Virus record (IMG/VR): IMGVR_UViG_3300019124_000018
Location: 1 to 37,783 of that record
Length of the DNA stretch: 37,783 bases
Origin: a virus
Reading direction: 5' to 3' (one strand)
The translations under genes were made by a program, and so were the position numbers. The notes below the pieces were generated by a model. The model saw only the letters and a program-made list of their open reading frames with translations. It did not search any database and had not been told where the DNA came from. This document shows positions 31,680 through 37,783 of the stretch, piece by piece (within the stretch, counting starts at the first letter, position 1; each line of letters begins with the position of its first letter).

Positions 31680-34600
31680 ATGCCGGCCGTCGCCATCCCC
31701 ATCTTCGCCGCGGCGACCGCCTACGGCGTCGCGACCAGCGCCGCCGTCCTGGCATTCGTCGGCGGCAGCACGTTCCTGGCCGCGGTCGCGGGCGGTATCG
31801 CCGCCACCGCCGTGTCCTTCGCCGGCAACGCCGCTTTCGGGCCCAAGGCCAAGGCGGCGATGTCCGGCCGCAGCGTCATGGTGCGTCAGCCCACGGTGAG
31901 CCGGAAGATCGTCTACGGCCAGGTCCGCGTCTCCGGCCCGATCCTCTACATGACGACCACCCAGGCCAATGCCAACCTGCGGCTTGTCGTGGCGCTGGCC
32001 GGGCACGAGGTGGAGGCCGTCGGCGACATCTACCTGGACGACAATCTGGTGCTGGGCGAGAGCGATCCCGGCACGGTGGTCACGTCCGGCCGGTTCTCCA
32101 ACCACGCGCGTTTTCACCGCTGGACCGGATCGCCCGACCAGCTGGCGGACAGCTTCCTGGTGACGGAGAGCGGCGGCCAGTGGACGGAAGCGCATCGGCT
32201 GCGCGGCGTCGCCTACCTGTACGCCTCGCTGGCCTGGAGCCAGGATGTCTATCCGAATGGCCTGCCGAACATCTCGGCCGTGGTGAAGGGCCGCAAGGTC
32301 TATGACCCGCGCACCCTGACGACGGCCTACAGCACCAACGCCGCGCTCTGCATCCGCGACTATCTGACCGACGCCAAGTACGGGCTGGGCGTCAGCGCGG
32401 CGGAGATCGACGAGGTGAACTTCGCCGCCCAGGCCAACATCTGCGACGAAATCATTCCGCTGAACGGCGGCGGCTCCGAACCGCGCTACACCATCAACGG
32501 CGTCATCGACACGGCACAGCGTCCGCAGGCGGTGCTGGAGCAGCTGCTGACGGCCTGCGGCGGACGCCTGGTCTATTCGGGCGGCAAGTGGCGGCTCTAC
32601 GTCGGCGCCTACCGCAACCCGACGGTGACCCTGAGCGAGGACGACCTGCGCGGCCCGATGCGCGTGCAGGCCCGCGTCAGCCGCCGCGACCTGTTCAACG
32701 CCGTGAAGGGGGTCTATGTCAGCCCGCTCGACGACTACCAGCCGACCGATTATCCCGCCTACACCTCGCCCACCTTCGAGGCGGAGGACGGCGGCGAGCG
32801 CATCTTCCGCGACCTGGACCTGCCCTTCACGACTTCCGCCGCGACGGCGCAGCGGCTGGCGAAGATGGAGCTGTTCCGGGCCCGCGAGCAGATCACGGTC
32901 ACGCTGCCGTGCAAGCTGACCGCTTTCCGCGTCCAGGCCGGCGACGTGGTGAACCTGACGAACGCCCGCATGGGCTGGACCGCCAAGCCGTTCGAGGTGG
33001 TGGACTGGCGCCTGACCTTCGCCGGGGAGGAGCTGGGCGTGGACCTGACGCTGCGGGAGACCAGCGCCACCGTCTATGACTGGAGCGCATCGGACCAGCA
33101 GTTGGTGGCCGCCGCCCCCGCCACGGCCCTGCCGGACCCGTACAGCATCGCCGCTCCCACCGGTCTGACGCTGACGCCGCGCACCAGCCAGCAGCCCGAC
33201 GGCACCATCGTGTCGGAGATCCTGGCGACCTGGAGCGCGCCCGACGATGCCTTCCTGTACGAGTACGAGGTGAACTTCCGCGTCTCGGGCACGACGGATT
33301 GGGTCGTGGCGGTGCCGGCGCGGGGGCCTTCGACGCTGCTGACGCCGCTGGTCCCCGGCGTGGGCTACGATGTCCGGGTGCGCGCCGTGAACGCGATCGG
33401 TGTGCGCTCAGCGTGGGTCTCGACCAGCGCCACCGCCATCAACGATGTGACGGCGCCGGGCGTGCCGGCCAACCTGACGGCGCTGGGAGCCTACCGGTCC
33501 ATCATCCTGGCCTGGGCGAACCCGTCGGACACCGACCTGGCCGTGGTCGAGGTCTACCGCAACACGACGAACAACAGCGGCACCGCCGTCAAGGTGTGGG
33601 AGGGGCTGGCCTCCACCTTCCGGGACGACGGGCTGGAGAACAGCGCCACCCGCCACTACTGGCTCAAGGCCCGGGACTGGACGGGCAACCGCTCCGCCTT
33701 CAGCGCCGGGGTCAGCGCCACGACGCTGGCCACGGTGCCGGACAACGGGTACCAGCTGACCCTGACCAACGAGGCCCATGTCCTGCCGGCCGATGTGGCC
33801 GGGAACGTGTCCAGCTTCGCCGGCGCGGTCACCACGGCCTACGTCTTCAAGGGCCCGGTGGACGAGACGTCCAGCTGGAGCGTCACCGGCACCGGCGCGA
33901 ACTGCACCTTCACCCAGGCCGGGACGACCTTCACCGTGACCGCCCTGTCAGCCGACAGCGGCTATATCGACATCACCGCGACCAAGTCGGGTGAGACGCC
34001 GCTGGTCCGCCGCTTCAGCCTCGCCAAGGCCAAGGCCGGCGCCACCGGGGCCAACGGTGCGGCCGGCGCGAACGGCACCCGGGGCTCGATCCACGCCTTC
34101 CGCACCATCGTGGGGGCCTCCTGGTCGAACGCGGAAGCCGATGCGGCGATCACGTCTCTCGGCCTCACCAAGGTGTTCCTGGACCGGGTGACGCTCTCGA
34201 ACAGCGGGGCCGGCTTCAGCCAGACCCGCTACTGGGACGGCTCGGCGTGGGTAATCGTCAACGAGGTCATCGACGGCAACCTGGTCGTGACCGGCACGCT
34301 GGCGACCAGCAAGCTGCAGGCCGGTACGATGACTGGCTTCACGATCAATACCGCCGGTTCTGGCACCCGGCTGGAGCTGCGCGCGTCGGACAATACGCTC
34401 AAGGCTTACAGCGGATCGACTGAGACGCTGACCCTGAACGGCAGCACTGCGACGCTTCGGATGACACCAACGGCCTCGATCTACGCCATCGACATCTCCG
34501 GCAGCAGCGGCATCGCGCTCATGCGCCTGTCGAACACGGGCGGTGTCGGCCTGACGATCACCAACGCCACCATCGGCATCGATACGAATGGCGGGACCAT

Positions 34601-35465
34601 GACCACCGGTGGGCGCTTCAACGGGGCGGCCACGGGCGCCATCGGCATCGGCAGCGGGTCGGGTGGAGTAGGCGTGTCCGGTCAGGGCAACCTGTCCAAT
34701 GGCGTCGGCGTCTACGGCACGGCCGGTTCCTTTGCGGTCCAGGGCGAAGGCGGCACCCGCGGCGGCTACTTCACCGGCACCCAGTTCGGCGTGGAGTGCG
34801 CCGGCCCTACGGGGATCAGGGCGGTCAGCAACTCCGGAGCTATCGGCGTCGACGGCACCGGCGGCACCGCCGGTGTCAAGGGCACCGGCACGACGGTCGG
34901 CGTTCAGGGCAGCGGGGGCACCTACGACTTCGAGGCGACGGGGGCCGGTGGAAACTATGGCCCCTTCACCGGAAGCCACGACGGGCTCCTGTTGAAGACG
35001 GCTGCCGGGGAGCCCGGCGACATCCTTGTGGATCTGACGCTGGTCCGCCGCCGGTCCATCAGCTCGACCCTTTTCGAGGTCGGCGTCTCGACGGCGCCCA
35101 CCCAGCCCGCCATCGGCGTGCTGGTCAAGCGGCAGTGGCTGGTCGCGGCGGCGGTGATGGGCGGCGGGCACATCCCAGCCACCATCGCCGACGAAGGCGC
35201 CATCGCCCCCGGCTTCGAGGGCTATCAGGACAGCCACGACAGCGTCGTCTTCAACGCCCTGGGCGAAGGGCAGGTGAGCGTTTGCGGCGAAGGCGGCGAC
35301 ATCGCCGCCGGCGACCTGATCGTCACCTCGTCCATGCCCGGCAAGGGCATGCGTCAGGCGGACGGCGTGATCCGCAACACGACCGTCGCCAAGGCCCGCG
35401 AGGGCGTCGCTTTCGCCCACCCGGGCGAGGTGAAGCAAATCGCCTGCATCTATCTCTGCGGCTGA
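31680..35465 (+). CDS. Host-specificity / central tail fibre protein (lambda gpJ-like, GTA g15-like), 1261 aa
   Basis: N-terminal hydrophobic segment. GHEVEAVGDIYLDD, VKGRKVYDPR and YSTNAALCIRDYL are gpJ-type motifs. FN3-like middle region. Gly-rich C-terminal module. Confidence 0.8.
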   Translation: MPAVAIPIFAAATAYGVATSAAVLAFVGGSTFLAAVAGGIAATAVSFAGNAAFGPKAKAAMSGRSVMVRQPTVSRKIVYGQVRVSGPILYMTTTQANANLRLVVALAGHEVEAVGDIYLDDNLVLGESDPGTVVTSGRFSNHARFHRWTGSPDQLADSFLVTESGGQWTEAHRLRGVAYLYASLAWSQDVYPNGLPNISAVVKGRKVYDPRTLTTAYSTNAALCIRDYLTDAKYGLGVSAAEIDEVNFAAQANICDEIIPLNGGGSEPRYTINGVIDTAQRPQAVLEQLLTACGGRLVYSGGKWRLYVGAYRNPTVTLSEDDLRGPMRVQARVSRRDLFNAVKGVYVSPLDDYQPTDYPAYTSPTFEAEDGGERIFRDLDLPFTTSAATAQRLAKMELFRAREQITVTLPCKLTAFRVQAGDVVNLTNARMGWTAKPFEVVDWRLTFAGEELGVDLTLRETSATVYDWSASDQQLVAAAPATALPDPYSIAAPTGLTLTPRTSQQPDGTIVSEILATWSAPDDAFLYEYEVNFRVSGTTDWVVAVPARGPSTLLTPLVPGVGYDVRVRAVNAIGVRSAWVSTSATAINDVTAPGVPANLTALGAYRSIILAWANPSDTDLAVVEVYRNTTNNSGTAVKVWEGLASTFRDDGLENSATRHYWLKARDWTGNRSAFSAGVSATTLATVPDNGYQLTLTNEAHVLPADVAGNVSSFAGAVTTAYVFKGPVDETSSWSVTGTGANCTFTQAGTTFTVTALSADSGYIDITATKSGETPLVRRFSLAKAKAGATGANGAAGANGTRGSIHAFRTIVGASWSNAEADAAITSLGLTKVFLDRVTLSNSGAGFSQTRYWDGSAWVIVNEVIDGNLVVTGTLATSKLQAGTMTGFTINTAGSGTRLELRASDNTLKAYSGSTETLTLNGSTATLRMTPTASIYAIDISGSSGIALMRLSNTGGVGLTITNATIGIDTNGGTMTTGGRFNGAATGAIGIGSGSGGVGVSGQGNLSNGVGVYGTAGSFAVQGEGGTRGGYFTGTQFGVECAGPTGIRAVSNSGAIGVDGTGGTAGVKGTGTTVGVQGSGGTYDFEATGAGGNYGPFTGSHDGLLLKTAAGEPGDILVDLTLVRRRSISSTLFEVGVSTAPTQPAIGVLVKRQWLVAAAVMGGGHIPATIADEGAIAPGFEGYQDSHDSVVFNALGEGQVSVCGEGGDIAAGDLIVTSSMPGKGMRQADGVIRNTTVAKAREGVAFAHPGEVKQIACIYLCG

Positions 35466-35475
35466 GGAGGCCCCC

Positions 35476-36018
35476 ATGCTGACCATCATCGCCGCGGCGC
35501 TTCTGGGCGCCGCGCTCTATCGCGTGCGCGGGGGCGGCATTCCCACCGGCTCCACCCAGCTGGCGCGCCTGATCTGGGCGGTGCCGACGGCGGCACTGCT
35601 CGTCTGGGCGGCGCAGGCGCCCTGGTACGCGCATATTCCGGCGCTGCTGCTGACCTTCGCCGGTATCGCCTGGATCGGCCACGCGGCGCACATGGACCTC
35701 GGTCACATCCTGAAGGGCAGTCCCTTCGCGCCCAAGGATGGCGAGCATTTCGAGGTGGTGACCCGCTGGATCCTCGGGATGGGCTTCTGGGACGACTTCC
35801 TGGGTCTGTCCGCCATCGGCTTCTGCCGGGGCCTCGGCATGGGCGGCTCGGTGGCGGTGTGGGCGCCTGAGATGCTGGCGCTGGTCGCCATCATGGCCGC
35901 CGCGCACCCGCTGGCCTACGCCGCCGGCTGGAAGCTTTCCCCGCACCGTTGGGCCTGTCCCATCGGCGAATGCCTGACCGGTGCCGCCTGCTGGGCTGCG
36001 GTAGCGGCTCTCGCGTGA
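35476..36018 (+). CDS. Multi-pass membrane protein (180 aa), function unknown
   Basis: GAGGAGG upstream. About 5-6 hydrophobic segments. Confidence 0.6.
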   Translation: MLTIIAAALLGAALYRVRGGGIPTGSTQLARLIWAVPTAALLVWAAQAPWYAHIPALLLTFAGIAWIGHAAHMDLGHILKGSPFAPKDGEHFEVVTRWILGMGFWDDFLGLSAIGFCRGLGMGGSVAVWAPEMLALVAIMAAAHPLAYAAGWKLSPHRWACPIGECLTGAACWAAVAALA

Positions 36019-36075
36019 ACACGGCGAAGACCCGGCCGCGACGGGGTGAACATGATCGATGAGGGGGAGCGCGGT

Positions 36076-36402
36076 ATGGCCGCATTGGACGAGATCAGCC
36101 TAACGCTGGGCGAACTGAAGGCTATGGCTTCGGCCAGCGCGGAAGGCAGGCGTGCACTGCACGACAAGGTCGACCGCGTCGCCGTCGACGTAGCCGCGCT
36201 CAAGACGCAGATGGCGACGCTGCAGCAGACCGTGCAGAGCCTGAGCGAGACGCAGGAAGCGCACGAGGGTGACATCACCACCTTCCGCCAGCAGCGCGAT
36301 ATGGGCCGCGGCGCCATCGCCGCATTCAGTGGATTGGCCGGCCTCGGTGGCGGCGGCTTCGGCGCCTGGCTGCTGAAGTGGCTTTCCGGCCCTACACCTT
36401 GA
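36076..36402 (+). CDS. Coiled-coil protein with a C-terminal TM anchor (108 aa; earlier starts at 36046/36052 possible); lysis-associated candidate
   Basis: GGGGGAG 6 nt upstream of the ATG at 36076. C-terminal segment AIAAFSGLAGLGGGGFGAWLLKWL. Confidence 0.5.
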   Translation: MAALDEISLTLGELKAMASASAEGRRALHDKVDRVAVDVAALKTQMATLQQTVQSLSETQEAHEGDITTFRQQRDMGRGAIAAFSGLAGLGGGGFGAWLLKWLSGPTP

Positions 36403-36412
36403 GGAGAGCGAG

Positions 36413-36982
36413 ATGCAGCTGGATGACATCCTGACCGAAATCCTGCGGCGCGAGGGTTGGCCGCGATACACCGACCATCCGGCCGACCGGGGCGGCCCGA
36501 CCAAGGGCGGCATTACTCTCGCCACGCTGGCCGCTTGGCGCCGCCGCATGGGGCAACCCGTGCCGACGGCGGCCGACGTCGAGGCGCTGACCGAGGCCGA
36601 GGTGCGCCGCATCCTCCGCCACCTTTATGTCGATGAGCCGGGCTATGGCGGCATCCGCGACCCGCACCTGCAGGCGCTGGTGGTGGATTGCGCGGTCCTC
36701 TACGGCGCCGACGACGCCAGCCCCTGGCTGCAGCGCGCTGCCACGCGGCTGGGTGCGGAGATCGCGGTGGACGGCAAGGTGGGGCCCCGGACCATCGCCG
36801 CCGTCAACGCTCTGCCGGCGCGCGAGCTGGCGCTGCGGATCATCGAGCAGCGGCTGGTGAAGATGGGCCGCGTCATCACCGATGACGCCAAGGCCCGGCT
36901 GCGTACCCAGGACCAGGCGCTGAACGCCGCCGGCTGGTCGAACCGCTTGGCGGGGCTTCTGGCGGAGATCACCGCCGCCTAA
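36413..36982 (+). CDS. Endolysin, GH108-type muramidase with a PG-binding-3-like C-terminus
   Basis: REGWPRYTDHPADRGGPTKGGITLATL (E...D.GG.T..GIT motif) and VDGKVGPRTIAAVN. GAGGAG upstream. Confidence 0.8.
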   Translation: MQLDDILTEILRREGWPRYTDHPADRGGPTKGGITLATLAAWRRRMGQPVPTAADVEALTEAEVRRILRHLYVDEPGYGGIRDPHLQALVVDCAVLYGADDASPWLQRAATRLGAEIAVDGKVGPRTIAAVNALPARELALRIIEQRLVKMGRVITDDAKARLRTQDQALNAAGWSNRLAGLLAEITAA

Positions 36983-37000
36983 CCCGGGGAACTCGGGCTG

Positions 37001-37023
37001 GAAGCCTTGCCGCGCAAGGCTTC
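37001..37023 (+). terminator. 10-bp stem hairpin after the endolysin gene (no U-run)
   Basis: GAAGCCTTGC-cgc-GCAAGGCTTC. Confidence 0.35.
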
Positions 37024-37073
37024 AAGGCCTCTGACAAGGGCTCCGGGAACTCACCCCCGAAGGAGGGGAAAAC

Positions 37074-37607
37074 ATGTTCGACAAGCTGATCCAGGGGCTG
37101 CGCGACGTGGCCCCGACGCTGGCGACCGGCCTTGCCGTCGCCGCCGGCGCGGTGAACCCGGCCGCCGGCCTCGCGGTGCGCATGGTCTCCACCGCCCTGC
37201 TGGGGCACGATACCGGAACGCCCGAGGAAATGGAGGTTGCGCTGGCCTCCGCCACGCCGGAGCAGCGCCTGGCGCTGCGGCAAGCCGACCAAGCCTATGC
37301 CATTCGCATGCGCGAGCTGGACGTGGAGGAGAGAAAGACGGAGAACGCCAACACCGCCGACGCCCGTGCCCGCGAGGTGCATCTGCGCGACCGCACGCCG
37401 ATGCTGCTGGCCTTCACCATCACTTTCGGCTTCTTCGCCATCCTGGTCTGGGTGCTGACCTACGGGATGCCGGACAAGGGTGGCGAGGCGCTGCTGGTGA
37501 TGCTGGGCAGCCTCGGCGCCGGGTTCGGCGCTGTCGTGAACTACTTCTTCGGCAGCTCCGCCAGCTCGGCGGAGAAGACCCGGTTGCTGCGCCGCGCCCC
37601 TACCTGA
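37074..37607 (+). CDS. Holin candidate (3-TM, GTA-holin-like)
   Basis: AAGGAGG upstream. One N-terminal and two C-terminal hydrophobic segments. Adjacent to the endolysin. Confidence 0.55.
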   Translation: MFDKLIQGLRDVAPTLATGLAVAAGAVNPAAGLAVRMVSTALLGHDTGTPEEMEVALASATPEQRLALRQADQAYAIRMRELDVEERKTENANTADARAREVHLRDRTPMLLAFTITFGFFAILVWVLTYGMPDKGGEALLVMLGSLGAGFGAVVNYFFGSSASSAEKTRLLRRAPT

Positions 37608-37616
37608 GCGTCGGAA

Positions 37617-37659
37617 GCCAAGTAGGGAATAAATGCACATAATCGCACGCCAAGGGAAT
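37617..37659 (+). promoter_or_regulatory. Direct repeats GCCAAGtAGGGAAT (37617-37630) and GCCAAG-GGAAT (37649-37659): arm-type site candidates next to attR
   Basis: Read directly. GCCAAG resembles the GCCAAC(T) repeats at 148-178. Confidence 0.3.
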
Positions 37660-37664
37660 TGACC

Positions 37665-37783
37665 TCCGGTAAGCCGTTGGTCTAAATAAAACCCCTGCAC
37701 ACTCTTAATCAGCGGGTCCAAGGTTCGAGTCCTTGTACACCCACCATCCCCTAAGTATCTGATATTAAACGAGAATTGGCGCC
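37665..37783 (+). repeat. attR candidate (right copy of the perfect 119-nt direct repeat)
   Basis: Identical to 1-119. Preceded by phage DNA, not by a tRNA 5' half. Confidence 0.8.

Larger units (their letters stand above)
1..37783. mobile_element. Complete temperate tailed-phage genome (siphovirus-like prophage, or its linearised circular form) bounded by a 119-nt direct repeat
   Basis: Identical 119-nt ends. Integrase lies next to the repeat-embedded tRNA-like 3' end. Immunity, replication, packaging, head, tail and lysis modules are all present in a coherent order. Confidence 0.9.

Noticed and set aside
19739-35465. Diversity-generating retroelement acting on the fibre or gpJ-like C-termini
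   Set aside because: No reverse transcriptase ORF and no template/variable repeat pair were found anywhere in the window.

Overview
High-GC window (about two-thirds G+C by eye) that is essentially one complete temperate siphovirus-type phage genome. It is bounded by a perfect 119-nt direct repeat (1-119 = 37665-37783) carrying the T-arm, acceptor 3' strand and CCA of a tRNA-like gene. Order, left to right:
- attL, tyrosine integrase, and two ATGA-overlapping serine-recombinase ORFs.
- A minus-strand early operon (about 2.76-8.08 kb) of tightly coupled small genes, including a Dam-like methyltransferase, a DUF4326-like protein, an Xis-like HTH and a LexA-DBD-like protein.
- A lambda-like immunity switch with mirrored PL/PR copies, a cI-like repressor and a Cro/YdaS-like protein.
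- A minus-strand Zn-ribbon unit.
- A replication module (Toprim primase-like, P-loop helicase-like) followed by a CGTTAG iteron array with an AT-rich core.
- Two unknown genes separated by a strong terminator.
- A cos-like region with GGGTAACG repeats, Nu1-like TerS and gpA-like TerL.
- An unexpected fibre module between TerL and the gpW-like gene.
- Lambda-type portal, fused prohead protease-major capsid, and FII- and U-like connectors.
- GTA/TP901-type major tail protein and a G/GT-type chaperone pair with a -1 slippery site.
- A reverse-strand membrane moron, tape measure, tail-tip genes and a gpJ-like host-specificity protein.
- A lysis cassette (GH108-type endolysin, 3-TM holin candidate) and attR.

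The most unusual points:
- The repeat-embedded RNA does not fold as a canonical tRNA.
- The canonical plus degenerate serine-recombinase pair.
- Accessory genes at three positions: next to cI, between cro and replication, and inside the tail operon.
- The fibre module inside the head operon.
- The two dense short-repeat arrays.

No single clear-cut novel multi-gene system could be proven from sequence alone. All family names come from motif recognition by eye. No database search was run.
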